A stretch of DNA of 64,000 nucleotides from a virus, in the IMG/VR virus record IMGVR_UViG_3300044701_003269, positions 64,001 through 128,000 of that record; one strand, 5' to 3'. The notes beneath the pieces were generated by a model, which made no database searches, had not been told where the DNA came from, and saw nothing but the letters and a program-made list of their open reading frames with translations. Positions 30,488 to 41,018 of the stretch are shown here, one piece after another; positions within the stretch are counted from its first letter, which is position 1, and each line of letters begins with the position of its first letter. A program made the position numbers and the translations under genes.

Positions 30488-30508
30488 ATAGAAATAAAAG
30501 ATGTAAAG

Positions 30509-30922
30509 ATGTCTCTTAGAAGAACTAAATTATTACACATTCAGTCAGTTACAGGTATTGCAACAGTTGGTATTTTTACTGTTGGAACTACCCAAACTGC
30601 TGGTGGTGTTGGTATTGCATCAACTACTTATCTGCGTGGTGTAGTGATGCATAATACAGGTCTTTCAACAGCAACTTCATCACTCTACATTTATCCAAAC
30701 AGCGTTTCATCTCCAGTAACTGGGGTTGGCCAAACAGCATACCGATTATCAAGAATTGATTTGAGATCTAATGAAACATTCTTCTTTGAGACAAATTATC
30801 CGATAGTTCTTGGGCACGGCGATAAGGTAGTTGTAGAAATTACACAACCAGCAGTTACAGTTGGTGGTGCTGGAATTGGTAGTGCTGTAAATTACCAAAT
30901 ACTTGGCGACACTGATATTTGA
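30509..30922 (+). CDS. fiber adaptor-like protein, 137 aa
   Basis: MHNTG..SNETFF..PIVLGHGD; similar to 16068 and 19824. Confidence 0.75.
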   Translation: MSLRRTKLLHIQSVTGIATVGIFTVGTTQTAGGVGIASTTYLRGVVMHNTGLSTATSSLYIYPNSVSSPVTGVGQTAYRLSRIDLRSNETFFFETNYPIVLGHGDKVVVEITQPAVTVGGAGIGSAVNYQILGDTDI

Positions 30923-30935
30923 GGAGGATAGATAA

Positions 30936-32777
30936 ATGGGCGTAAGATCTACTGATTTAGCATCATCTTTCTTTGATCGTTTCTTGAGAACTCAGAATGG
31001 GGGAACTAATCCACCCAATACAGGATTAACAGCAACTGGTGGTGTTATTAGTGATTATACAACTCCTCCAGGAGCAGTTTATAGAGCACACATTTTTACT
31101 TCATCAGGCACTTTTATTGTAAGTTCTATTGGTGATTTTGATGCTACTGTAGAGTATCTCGTAGTTGCTGGTGGTGGGTCTGGCGGAGATACTGGTGGTG
31201 GTGGTGCTGGTGGATTTAGAACTAATGTATCCGGACATCCATTAGCAGGATCAGCATTTCCAGTTAGTATTTCTTCATACCCAGTAGTTGTTGGTGCAGG
31301 TGCTGCTCCCGGAGGGGGGGATACCTTACGGGGTGTTAATGGCAATCCTTCTACTTTTTCTACAATAACTTCTGCTGGTGGTGGAGGAGGAGGGGGAGAA
31401 AGTGCCCCGATTTCTCCTGGTTTGTCTGGTGGATCTGGTGGTGGGGGTGGATATAATTCGCCAGGATCTTTTGGATCTGGTAATACTCCACCAACATCAC
31501 CCCCACAAGGAAATCCTGGCGGAAACGGAGGAACATCTGCTTCCGGTGCTGGGGGAGGTGGTGCTGGCGGCGCTGGTGGTAATGCTTCTGGTGGAACTGC
31601 TGGCGCCGGTGGAATAGGATCTCAAATATCTATTACTGGAATCACTACTTATTATGCAGGAGGTGGCGGAGGAGCATCATCTCCAGGAGTTGCCGGTGCA
31701 GGAGGATTAGGTGGAGGTGGAAATGGTGAGCAGGAGAATGCTGGTGCCGGTGCTGGACAAGAAAACACTGGCGGTGGCGGTGGAGGATTTTGGGGGCAGA
31801 ATCTCCCACTGGGAAATACTGGCAACGGTGGTTCCGGAATCGTAGTAGTCCGTTACCAGATAGGACAATTGACAGCAACTGCAAAAGCAACTGGTGGTGC
31901 TATAAGTTACTTTGGTGGTAAGACAATTCATACCTTTACGAGTTCTGGTACTTTTACCGTTACTAGCCCAACATTAACTTCTGCGGAATACCTGATGGTT
32001 GGTGGCGGCGCTGGTGGAGGTGGAAGACACGGTGGTGGAGGTGGTGCTGGTGGAATGATTTTTGGAAGTCGTCCACTGTCAGTAACTTCATATCCTATTG
32101 TTATTGGATCTGGTGGAATAGGCGTAGAGGGATATTCAAATGGTGGCAATGGGGGTAATACAACTTTTGGCGGAGAAACTGCTAATGGAGGAGGTGGTGG
32201 TGGATATTACAGAGATTCACCTTATGCCGGAATAGCAGGAGCTGCTGGTGGTTCTGGTGGTGGCGGTGGATTTGGTCCCGGTGGTAGTGGTGGAGCATCT
32301 AATCAACCAGCAGGAACATTTGGAACTGCATATGGATTTGGTGGGGGAACTGCAAGTACGAACAATCCTCCTCTAATTTGTGGAGGTGGTGGAGGTGCTG
32401 GTGCAGCAGGAAATCCTTTTACTACTGCCAACGGAGCAGGAGGTGCTGGTAGATTATGGCCAGTTACTGGTTATTACTACGCTGGAGGTGGAGGAGCATC
32501 TTCGTGGGAAGCAAATGCAGGTAATGGTGGAGTAGGTGGTGGAGGTGGAGGTAATGTTGGAAACTTTGGTTCTGTAGGTGTTGGTGGAACAGGAGGATTA
32601 TTTGATGGTGAGAATGGATTACTTTCTGGAAATGATGGTGTATATCGTAGAGGTGGTAATGGAGCTCAATCTACCGGTGGTGGTGGAGGAGGAGGAGGAC
32701 AATCTGCATATCTTTCATATAGATCATCAGGTGGTAATGGTGGTTCCGGAATCGTCATCATCGCATATCCTTCATAA
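30936..32777 (+). CDS. glycine-rich tip/adhesin with two tandem Gly-rich domains, 613 aa
   Basis: Two ATGG..HxFTSSGTF..EYLxVxGGG..GGSGIV units. Confidence 0.82.
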   Translation: MGVRSTDLASSFFDRFLRTQNGGTNPPNTGLTATGGVISDYTTPPGAVYRAHIFTSSGTFIVSSIGDFDATVEYLVVAGGGSGGDTGGGGAGGFRTNVSGHPLAGSAFPVSISSYPVVVGAGAAPGGGDTLRGVNGNPSTFSTITSAGGGGGGGESAPISPGLSGGSGGGGGYNSPGSFGSGNTPPTSPPQGNPGGNGGTSASGAGGGGAGGAGGNASGGTAGAGGIGSQISITGITTYYAGGGGGASSPGVAGAGGLGGGGNGEQENAGAGAGQENTGGGGGGFWGQNLPLGNTGNGGSGIVVVRYQIGQLTATAKATGGAISYFGGKTIHTFTSSGTFTVTSPTLTSAEYLMVGGGAGGGGRHGGGGGAGGMIFGSRPLSVTSYPIVIGSGGIGVEGYSNGGNGGNTTFGGETANGGGGGGYYRDSPYAGIAGAAGGSGGGGGFGPGGSGGASNQPAGTFGTAYGFGGGTASTNNPPLICGGGGGAGAAGNPFTTANGAGGAGRLWPVTGYYYAGGGGASSWEANAGNGGVGGGGGGNVGNFGSVGVGGTGGLFDGENGLLSGNDGVYRRGGNGAQSTGGGGGGGGQSAYLSYRSSGGNGGSGIVIIAYPS

Positions 32778-32810
32778 ATATTCAAAACGAACATTACAGA
32801 TAATTAACCA

Positions 32811-33209
32811 ATGGCACATTTCGCACAACTTGATGAAAACAATATAGTTACTCAAGTCATTGTTGTGAGTAACGAAGATACTTCCGACTCAAACGGAACA
32901 GAAATAGAAGAAATTGGAATTGGTTTCTGTAAAAAACTTCTTGGTGCTAATACAAAATGGAAGCAAACCTCATACAACAACAATATGAGAGTTCGTTATG
33001 CTGGTATTGGTTATTCTTATAATGAAGAACTTGATGCATTTATTCCGCCACAACCATTTGTCTCTTGGGTATTAAATACAGAAACAGCAGATTGGGAATC
33101 TCCAGTTGGCCCTGCTCCAGAACTTACTGAAGTAGAAAGAGAATCAGGTTCTTTCTATCAATGGGATGAAGAAAACACCCAGTGGAATCTTATAACCCCA
33201 GAACAGTAG
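32811..33209 (+). CDS. small acidic partner protein (MAHFAQL family), 132 aa
   Basis: Paralog of 24014 and 26547. Confidence 0.8.
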   Translation: MAHFAQLDENNIVTQVIVVSNEDTSDSNGTEIEEIGIGFCKKLLGANTKWKQTSYNNNMRVRYAGIGYSYNEELDAFIPPQPFVSWVLNTETADWESPVGPAPELTEVERESGSFYQWDEENTQWNLITPEQ

Positions 33210-33250
33210 TAGAAGATAATAAATACTAAAAAGAGTACCATAAGAATATA

Positions 33251-35884
33251 ATGTCTTCACTCAAGTTATACGGATCTACCAGTGGGTATGTTGAGATTGT
33301 CCCAGAAGTAACAGCAGGTAATAATTCGGTTACTCTTCCCAATACTACTGGTTCTATTGCAGTAAAGGATGCGAGTGGTAATCTTGAAGTAGGAACTGGA
33401 GTTACTATTTCTTCTCCAAGTGCTGATACTTTCGCTGTAAGTACTAATGGTAGTGAGAGAGTTAGAGTTGATTCAAGTGGTAATGTTGGTATAGGAACCA
33501 CAATACCACAGTATAACCTTGATGTTCTTGGAGATATTAATTTCAGTGGATCTCTAAATCAAGGTGGTAGTGCATTCGTTGCCTCTAGATGGACTGCAGG
33601 AACTGGTAATGATATCTATAGATTAAGTGGTGATGTTGGAATAGGAACGACAAATCCCCAATATAGCCTTGATGTTCTTGGTGATATTAATTTTACCGGA
33701 ACCTTTAGACAAAACGGTAGTGCATTTGTTGCCTCTAGATGGACTGCTGGAATTGGTGATGATATCTATAGGTTAAGTGGTGATGTTGGAATAGGAACGA
33801 CAAATCCAACAGCAAAACTTGAAGTTGTAGGTAATGTTGTTGCAGATGGATCTGATATTAGAAGTTTATCGGGAACACATTTAGTCTCTTATTCTTCTGT
33901 TTCTGATATTGCTAATTCTGCAAAGAGTATTACTGGATTTAGCACATATCGTCAAGTTGGTGTCTTAACTGCTGGTAGCAATACAAACTCTGGTGATGAC
34001 TTTGGTTATTCAGTTGCAGTAACTGCTGATGGAAACACTATTTTTGTTGGTGCAAGAAAAGATGAAATTGGAGGAAGTAGTAATAGTAGTGGTGCTGTTT
34101 ATGTATTTGATCGTGTAGGCCTAGGTAGTTCTTTCTATCAAGTTGGTATCTTAACAGGATCACTTGCTTCAAATAGTTCCGATTATTTCGGACAAAGTGT
34201 TGCTTGCACTCCTGACGGAAAAACATTAATTGCTTCTGCTCCTTTTGATGAAAGCGGTGGTTTAATGTATGTTTTTGATCGAGTTGGAAATAATTTTAAT
34301 CAAGTTGGAATTTTATCTGCTTCAATTGTAAACACATCTGACGAAAATTTTGGTGTATCTATTGACATAAGTGCTGACGGTAAAACAATTGTTGGTGGTT
34401 ATGATTTCGTATCATTACCTGGATATACCGCAAATTCTGGTGCAGCATTTGTTTGGGAACGTGATGGGAACACATTTACAGAGGTTGGAATTTTAACAGC
34501 AGCAACACCTGAGACTTTTTCTCAATTTGGTGAGGCAGTAGCAATTAGTGGTGATGGTAAAACAATCGTTGTTGGATCTCTTGGGGAAAGTGGTGGCACT
34601 GGTTATGCTTATGGATCTATTAATATTTTTGACCGTGTTGGTGTTGGAACAACGTCAGTATTTAATAGGGTTGGTGTTATAACAGGCACTAAGGCAACTT
34701 CAATAGATGATGATAATTTTGGATGTTCTGTTGATATTAGTTATGATGGAAGTTCAATTATTGTTGGTGATTTTAATGGTGATGTAACTGGTGTTACAAC
34801 AACTGGTACTGCTTCTGTCTATGACAGAGTTGGAAATAATTTTAATCTTGTTGGTATTTTTACTGGATCACGTTCTACAAGGCTTGGATACTTTGGAAAT
34901 ACAGTTGTAATGAGTCCAGATGGTAAGAGAATGTTGGTGACTGCATTAAGTGAGGGAAGTGGGAATGAAGGACTTGTCTATATTTTTGAAAGACAGGGAA
35001 ATACTATTAGTCAAGTTGGCATAGTAACTGGATATAGTCCTGGAATTACATATGATATTGGAACTCCTTTTGATAAGCATCTGGGAATGAGTGCTGATGG
35101 AAAAACAATGGTTCTTGGAGCTCCTGGATCTACTGTTTCTGGAAATGCTAGCGCAGGTGCCGCTTTTGTTTTTGATGAGGTCGAGCAAACATACTTATAT
35201 TCATCTCCTACTGGAAATATCGGTATAGGGGTCACAAATCCAGGTCAGGCCTTAGATGTATCCGGTTCTATAAGATCATCATCACAAATTATATCAACTC
35301 AAGCAAACTCCACAACAACTGGTGGTGGCCAAATATACTTGAATGGTGCAACAGGTAACAGAATTGATTTTAACTCAAATGGTGTTGCTGCTCCTACAAC
35401 AACTACAAGAAGTGCAGGAACCAAGATAGTTTTATATCCAAATATTAGTCCTTCATCTGCAGACTATGGATTTGGTATTGAAGCTTCCACATTATGGTCT
35501 GGAGTTTCATCAAGTGCGGATCAATTCAAATGGTATGCAGGAACCACTAACGTTGCAACTTTGAGTGGCACGGGTACATTTACTACAACAACACTCGTAG
35601 AAACTTCAAGTATCACACTCAAAGAAAATATAAATCCTATTGAGAATGCACTAGATAAGATACTACAATTAAATCCAGTAACTTATGATCGTAAGAACAA
35701 CATAAGTAAGAATGAAGCAGGATTGATTGCAGAAGAAGTTAATGAGATTATTCCAAATATTGTTTCTAAAGACAGTGAAGGAAATCCAAATGGTATCAAT
35801 TACACAAAACTTTCTGTGTATTTGATTGATGCAATTAAGGAACTGAAGAAAGAGATTGAGGACTTAAGAAATGGCAACTCTTAA
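33251..35884 (+). CDS. tail fiber with FG-GAP beta-propeller and C-terminal S74 chaperone, 877 aa
   Basis: Seven FGxSVAxSxDG..GAxxVF-like repeats; SSITLKENINPI..GLIAEEV..INYTKL. Confidence 0.85.
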   Translation: MSSLKLYGSTSGYVEIVPEVTAGNNSVTLPNTTGSIAVKDASGNLEVGTGVTISSPSADTFAVSTNGSERVRVDSSGNVGIGTTIPQYNLDVLGDINFSGSLNQGGSAFVASRWTAGTGNDIYRLSGDVGIGTTNPQYSLDVLGDINFTGTFRQNGSAFVASRWTAGIGDDIYRLSGDVGIGTTNPTAKLEVVGNVVADGSDIRSLSGTHLVSYSSVSDIANSAKSITGFSTYRQVGVLTAGSNTNSGDDFGYSVAVTADGNTIFVGARKDEIGGSSNSSGAVYVFDRVGLGSSFYQVGILTGSLASNSSDYFGQSVACTPDGKTLIASAPFDESGGLMYVFDRVGNNFNQVGILSASIVNTSDENFGVSIDISADGKTIVGGYDFVSLPGYTANSGAAFVWERDGNTFTEVGILTAATPETFSQFGEAVAISGDGKTIVVGSLGESGGTGYAYGSINIFDRVGVGTTSVFNRVGVITGTKATSIDDDNFGCSVDISYDGSSIIVGDFNGDVTGVTTTGTASVYDRVGNNFNLVGIFTGSRSTRLGYFGNTVVMSPDGKRMLVTALSEGSGNEGLVYIFERQGNTISQVGIVTGYSPGITYDIGTPFDKHLGMSADGKTMVLGAPGSTVSGNASAGAAFVFDEVEQTYLYSSPTGNIGIGVTNPGQALDVSGSIRSSSQIISTQANSTTTGGGQIYLNGATGNRIDFNSNGVAAPTTTTRSAGTKIVLYPNISPSSADYGFGIEASTLWSGVSSSADQFKWYAGTTNVATLSGTGTFTTTTLVETSSITLKENINPIENALDKILQLNPVTYDRKNNISKNEAGLIAEEVNEIIPNIVSKDSEGNPNGINYTKLSVYLIDAIKELKKEIEDLRNGNS

Positions 35885-36707
35885 GAACACAATAATTGAT
35901 ACTACTGGAGCTCTTCAACTACCAGTAGGAACCACAGCACAAAGACCGACTGCAGATGCTGGCCATATGAGGTATAACTCATCATTTAAAACAGTAGAGA
36001 CTTATACTGGAACCAGATGGGAGTATATGCCAGATATTGTAAGAACTGGTTTGGTTCTTAATTTAGATGCTGGAGAACCAAGTTCTTATTCTGGTAGTGG
36101 AACTACTTGGACTGATTTAAGTGGCAATAACTTTGTCGGAACTCTTACAAATGGACCAACTTATAGCAGTTCTAATGGTGGGTCTATTGTTTTTGATGGT
36201 TCCAATGATTATGTGAGAATACCTTATAATAGCAACCTCAATCCAACTACTATAACAGTTGGGGCCTGGATAAAAAGAAATCAAGTCGTAAATTACGCTC
36301 ATTTTATTGGACTTCCTATCAGCAATTCAACTTGGAATTCGCCTTATATGTCTTATGGTGTTGAATATATTGGAACCACAGATACAATTAGTTTTCCTCT
36401 AGGATTTACTGATAACACTTTTGCTTATACTGATGCGGCTACTTATGGAAACAATATATGGTTTTATTTTACAGGAACCTACGACAAAAGTAATGTAAAA
36501 GTTTATATTGACGGGGTACTTATTACTACCAGGGCAGAAACTAGAACATTATACAATTCAACTGCTGATTTTTATATTGGCGCTATTAACACTTCTTCTC
36601 AATATCCTTTGAATGGAAACATAGCACAAGTAACCATATACAACAGAGCCCTCTCAGCATCAGAAATCCAACAAAACTATCAGGCACTTAGAGGAAGGTT
36701 TATATAA
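35871..36707 (+). CDS. LamG/concanavalin-like lectin-domain protein, 278 aa
   Basis: LVLNLDAG..SYSGSGTTWTDLSGN..IYNRALSASEI. Confidence 0.85.
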   Translation: MATLKNTIIDTTGALQLPVGTTAQRPTADAGHMRYNSSFKTVETYTGTRWEYMPDIVRTGLVLNLDAGEPSSYSGSGTTWTDLSGNNFVGTLTNGPTYSSSNGGSIVFDGSNDYVRIPYNSNLNPTTITVGAWIKRNQVVNYAHFIGLPISNSTWNSPYMSYGVEYIGTTDTISFPLGFTDNTFAYTDAATYGNNIWFYFTGTYDKSNVKVYIDGVLITTRAETRTLYNSTADFYIGAINTSSQYPLNGNIAQVTIYNRALSASEIQQNYQALRGRFI

Positions 36708-36710
36708 GAA

Positions 36711-37490
36711 ATGGCAACTCTAAAAAATCTTACAATCAACGACACTGGATATTTGCAAATGCCTTCTGGGACAGTTGCACAAAGGCCTGCATCACCTTCT
36801 CAAGGAATGATAAGGTACAATACTGACTATAAAGTAAGTGAATATTATAATGGAACTGAATGGGTTTCCACATCACCAGTACCAATGGTAACTAATGGTT
36901 TAACTCTTTATTTGGATGCCACATCTTATCCTGGTTCTGGTACTACTTGGACTGATTTAAGTGGCAATGGATATAATATGACCCTAACTGGATCATTTAC
37001 ATTTACTGGTGCGGCTCTTCAGTTTAATGGTGGATATGGTTATCTAACATCATTAAACTATTCGACTACTAATTTTACAATAATGGCAGGATCAAGATAT
37101 TCTGGTGCGGCAAGACAAAGAGTTATTTCTTCAATGGGAAATAATTGGTTGTTCGGTCATTGGTCAAATTCAACACAAAAATACTATGCTGAAGGGTGGA
37201 TTACAAATTCAAGTCAAAATGAAAATAGTGACACAAATTGGAGAATATATACGGGATTGGAAAATTATACTTCAGACCAAAGAAGTTTTTATGTTAATAA
37301 CACTGCATTGGTAACTAATTCCACTGCAGGCGCTGCTGGTTTTAATGGATTAAGTGTCGGTATATGGGGATATAACAATACTGAAGGTTCAAATTGCGAA
37401 GTATCTTTTATACTAGTTTATAATAGGTTATTGTCATCAGAAGAGATGACACAAAACTTTAATGCTTTTCGTGGTCGTTTTGGTATCTAA
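36711..37490 (+). CDS. LamG-like lectin-domain protein, 259 aa
   Basis: MATLKN N-terminus; LYLDA..WTDLSGN..VYNRLLS. Confidence 0.85.
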   Translation: MATLKNLTINDTGYLQMPSGTVAQRPASPSQGMIRYNTDYKVSEYYNGTEWVSTSPVPMVTNGLTLYLDATSYPGSGTTWTDLSGNGYNMTLTGSFTFTGAALQFNGGYGYLTSLNYSTTNFTIMAGSRYSGAARQRVISSMGNNWLFGHWSNSTQKYYAEGWITNSSQNENSDTNWRIYTGLENYTSDQRSFYVNNTALVTNSTAGAAGFNGLSVGIWGYNNTEGSNCEVSFILVYNRLLSSEEMTQNFNAFRGRFGI

Positions 37491-37504
37491 ATACCTAAAA
37501 AACA

Positions 37505-37762
37505 ATGTACGACGAAAGAAATTTTGCAATCTTTTCAACAACTGAACTCAACCAAATTAACTTTAGTGAAGTATTAGAAACTTCAGCAGAAACTTGTCGC
37601 ATCAGTACAAATGGTTCTCTCACATTCGTTAAGTGGGATGGAGAAACTGTACCACCATCAGTACAAGCACTTACAACCATTCAGGGTTATTATACTTATG
37701 AGGAAATGTTGAATATTCTTGCCTTACCCGAATGGACTTCACCAGACCTCATTGAACCATAA
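37505..37762 (+). CDS. small acidic protein associated with the LamG genes, 85 aa
   Basis: INFSEVLETS..TFVKW..YTYEEM; TAAATA upstream. Confidence 0.75.
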   Translation: MYDERNFAIFSTTELNQINFSEVLETSAETCRISTNGSLTFVKWDGETVPPSVQALTTIQGYYTYEEMLNILALPEWTSPDLIEP

Positions 37763-37765
37763 GAA

Positions 37766-38623
37766 ATGGCAACTCTAAAAAGCTTAACAGTTAATGATAC
37801 TGGTTTCATAAAATTACCTTCAGGAACCATTGCACAAAGACCTTCATCACCATCTAATAATATGATGAGGTTTAATACTGATTTGGGTTGTAATGAAATG
37901 TACTCTAATGGAAATTGGATGGACCAATTAACAGGAGGCCCTGCAGTTATTAAGAATGGTTTAGTTCTTCATTTAGATGCAGGTGCTCCTAGGTCTTATC
38001 CAGGTTCAGGAACCTTATGGAGAGATTTAAGTGGTAGTGGACTAAATGCATCTGGAACTGCAGCAAACATCACTTCTTCTGGTGCTATTTCTGGAGCATC
38101 TTGGACAACTTCTTCAACCAGTATATTGAATACGGATACTCATTCAATATTTTTTATGTTAAAACTGAATTCTTCTGGAACTTATCCAGAAGGATATACT
38201 GGAAGTTGGGAAAAAATATTTACTTATGCTCCTGCCGGAACTGATAGAAGTCCGGGTGTTTGGAGATATCCAAGTGAAAGAAAAATACATTGGAGATATG
38301 ATCCGGGGAACAGTGATATTGATTTTTCATCAACGGCGAGAGGACTTTATCCTGCTCCGGGAACACCATTTGCATTAAATACTTGGTATTATATAGGAGT
38401 AACTAAAAATGGAGCAACTGCAACAGCATATGTAAATGGTCAAAGTCTTGGTTCTAGTACAGTATCAAACCCAAAAACATCTGGAAATGCAACAGTAATT
38501 ATAAATGAATCTTATACTAGTCAACTTAATAATATAAATTCTGTAGTTGTATATAACAGAGTACTCACAGCAACGGAAGTTTTACACAACTTTAATTCTA
38601 TAAAATCAAGATTTGGTTTATAA
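37766..38623 (+). CDS. LamG-like lectin-domain protein, 285 aa
   Basis: MATLKS N-terminus; LVLHLDAG..WRDLSG..VYNRVLT. Confidence 0.85.
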   Translation: MATLKSLTVNDTGFIKLPSGTIAQRPSSPSNNMMRFNTDLGCNEMYSNGNWMDQLTGGPAVIKNGLVLHLDAGAPRSYPGSGTLWRDLSGSGLNASGTAANITSSGAISGASWTTSSTSILNTDTHSIFFMLKLNSSGTYPEGYTGSWEKIFTYAPAGTDRSPGVWRYPSERKIHWRYDPGNSDIDFSSTARGLYPAPGTPFALNTWYYIGVTKNGATATAYVNGQSLGSSTVSNPKTSGNATVIINESYTSQLNNINSVVVYNRVLTATEVLHNFNSIKSRFGL

Positions 38624-38705
38624 AATAGCCACTCAGATTAAGATATTATAAATCTATTACATCAAACGCAGATCCATAAATATTAAAAAAGTCAATAAGT
38701 AAATA

Positions 38706-39857
38706 ATGTCTACGTTAAGAGCAACGAACATTAAAAATCCAGACAGTAGCAGCAATAATATTGTGCTGGATGGCAGTGGTGGTGTTGTAATCAGTGGAGT
38801 GGCAACTATAACAGCATTAAATGCATTAGAGATTACTGGTGGAATGTTTTTAAGTGGAGTAACTACAGTATCTGCAGGTAGTACCAGTGCTCCATCAATA
38901 ACACCATCGGGGGACAATAATACTGGAGTATTCTTTCCAAGTGCCGATACTTTTGCTGTAAGTACTAATGGTAGTGAGAGAATTAGAATTAATTCGAGTG
39001 GTAATGTTGGTATAGGAACCACAAACCCAACATCATCTAAACTTTTTGTAGATGGTGATACAAAAATTACTGGTATTTTAACGGTTGGTACATCAAGTAT
39101 TATTATCGATGGAACAGGTAATGTAATTAATGTAGGTTCAGGTGTCACTATTCATTATCTTGATGGTGTCCAAGTAGGGCAGAATGTTATACATTCTAGT
39201 GGAATTACTCTCAATAACATCAATTCTTCTGGTGTTTCCACACTTACCAATGGGCCAATATTAGTTGGATCAGCAACCTCAACGGGAACTTCATCACAAA
39301 GACTTCAAGTAACTGGTGGTGCTTATGTAAGCGGTAATATTGGTGTTGGTGTTACTAATCCTCAATATAGCCTTGATGTTCTTGGAGATATTAACTTCAC
39401 AGGGACCTTTAGACAAAACGGTAGTGCATTCGTCGCCTCTAGATGGACTGCTGGAACTGGTGATGATATCTATAGATTAAATGGTAATGTTGGAATAGGA
39501 ACCATAAATCCAACAGAAAAACTTCACGTTGTTGGAGTAGTTTCTGCAACTTCTTATCGTGGTGATGGTTCTCAACTGACGGGCGTTGGTGGAGCATCTG
39601 CTGTTACAGTTCTTACATCAGATACGACTTTATCAAAAGGAACTGCATATATGCTGAATGCATCGGGTCTTATATTAACACTTCCTGCTTCTCCTTCAAC
39701 CGGAGATGCTATAGATATTCTAAATAACGTTAGTGGTATTCATACACTTGCTCGTAATGGTTCTACAATTCAAGGATTAACTGAAGACATGACGTTTGGA
39801 GAGCAAGGGATAAAGTTTAAAGTTTGGTATACTGGTTCAACCTGGAGTCTGTTCTAA
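38706..39857 (+). CDS. tail-fiber-like protein, 383 aa
   Basis: Shared shaft modules; C-terminal TLPASPSTGD..RNGSTI domain. Confidence 0.82.
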   Translation: MSTLRATNIKNPDSSSNNIVLDGSGGVVISGVATITALNALEITGGMFLSGVTTVSAGSTSAPSITPSGDNNTGVFFPSADTFAVSTNGSERIRINSSGNVGIGTTNPTSSKLFVDGDTKITGILTVGTSSIIIDGTGNVINVGSGVTIHYLDGVQVGQNVIHSSGITLNNINSSGVSTLTNGPILVGSATSTGTSSQRLQVTGGAYVSGNIGVGVTNPQYSLDVLGDINFTGTFRQNGSAFVASRWTAGTGDDIYRLNGNVGIGTINPTEKLHVVGVVSATSYRGDGSQLTGVGGASAVTVLTSDTTLSKGTAYMLNASGLILTLPASPSTGDAIDILNNVSGIHTLARNGSTIQGLTEDMTFGEQGIKFKVWYTGSTWSLF

Positions 39858-40783
39858 TGTCTAACATCTCACAATTTTTTGCAGGAAGAAGAAAGCAAAA
39901 CCGCAGAATTATCCATGGTAGTGTTGGAGTAACCACTGTTACTTGGCGAGTTCCTCCCGGTGTAACTGAAGTTGAGGTTCACTGTTGGGGTGGTGGAGGG
40001 GGAACCTTTGGCTATCCGATCGTTGGTGGCGGGGGTGGTGGAGGTTACGTAACCCATGTGTTCCCCGTTACACCTTCAGATAGTTTATTAATCACTGCTG
40101 GAGCAGTAAATGGTGGAACTTCAAGTGTATCAGTTCCAACACAATCCCCGATTTCTCCCATAAGTGCTACTGGTGGAAGCGGCGCATCTTTGCCAAACCC
40201 GGGGTTCTCCGCAGGTGGTGCCGGTGGAGTCGGAGCATACACTATTGCTCCTGGTATTTCAACAGCAAGAACTTTTAGTGCTTCTGGTGGATCTGGGGCC
40301 CCAGCTGAGGGGGGCAATTCCTTTGCCGGAGGCGGCGCAGCTGGAAGTCCTTTTGGTAAAGGTGGAAATGGGTCTTTTGCCCTTAGTCCTAATGGCATAC
40401 CTGGAGGTGGAGGAGGAGGAATAGGTGGACCAGGTAATAGTGGTACATCTGGCGCTGGAGGAGGTTCTTTAGGTGAAGCAAGTGGAGCTATTGGAGGACT
40501 AGGTAAAAATGGATATAAAGTATTCAGTTCCGTAGCTGCTCCTGCAAATGCTGGATTTGTTGAAAATACTTCTGGGGATAGTGATTGGTTCTATGTAGAT
40601 GAAATTTTAGGTGCTGGAGGAAGTGTAAACTCAATTCATGGTGGAGCAGGTGGAGGCGGATGTTTTCCTGGCGGCCGAGGTGGTATTTTAGGTGGTGGTG
40701 CTGGATCAGGGCCTGGAGGCCTCGGAGGAGGAGGTGGTGGCGGTGCCGTCGGAGGTGCCGGTCTCGTAATACTTTACTGGTAA
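39857..40783 (+). CDS. glycine-rich tip/adhesin, 308 aa
   Basis: Start MSNISQFF at a TAATG overlap; WRVPPGVT..WGGGGG. Confidence 0.8.
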   Translation: MSNISQFFAGRRKQNRRIIHGSVGVTTVTWRVPPGVTEVEVHCWGGGGGTFGYPIVGGGGGGGYVTHVFPVTPSDSLLITAGAVNGGTSSVSVPTQSPISPISATGGSGASLPNPGFSAGGAGGVGAYTIAPGISTARTFSASGGSGAPAEGGNSFAGGGAAGSPFGKGGNGSFALSPNGIPGGGGGGIGGPGNSGTSGAGGGSLGEASGAIGGLGKNGYKVFSSVAAPANAGFVENTSGDSDWFYVDEILGAGGSVNSIHGGAGGGGCFPGGRGGILGGGAGSGPGGLGGGGGGGAVGGAGLVILYW

Positions 40784-40799
40784 TAAGGAGGTAACTAAA

Positions 40800-41018
40800 A
40801 TGTCTAAATGGGTAAGAGTAGATTCAAACAACATTGTTCAAGAGGTAATCTCATACAATCCTTTTGAGGTTGTAAACGAAGCTTTTCATTCTTTCTTCCA
40901 TGAGGTATCTGGTGAAGAATCTTATGGGTGGACTTATGATCCTAATACTGGAACCTTTACGGAACCACCACCACTTCCAGAACCACCTGAGGAACCTGTA
41001 ACCGAAGAAACAACTTGA
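40800..41018 (+). CDS. small acidic partner protein, 72 aa
   Basis: RBS AAGGAGG; NNIVQEVI..GWTYD..FTEPP. Confidence 0.8.
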   Translation: MSKWVRVDSNNIVQEVISYNPFEVVNEAFHSFFHEVSGEESYGWTYDPNTGTFTEPPPLPEPPEEPVTEETT

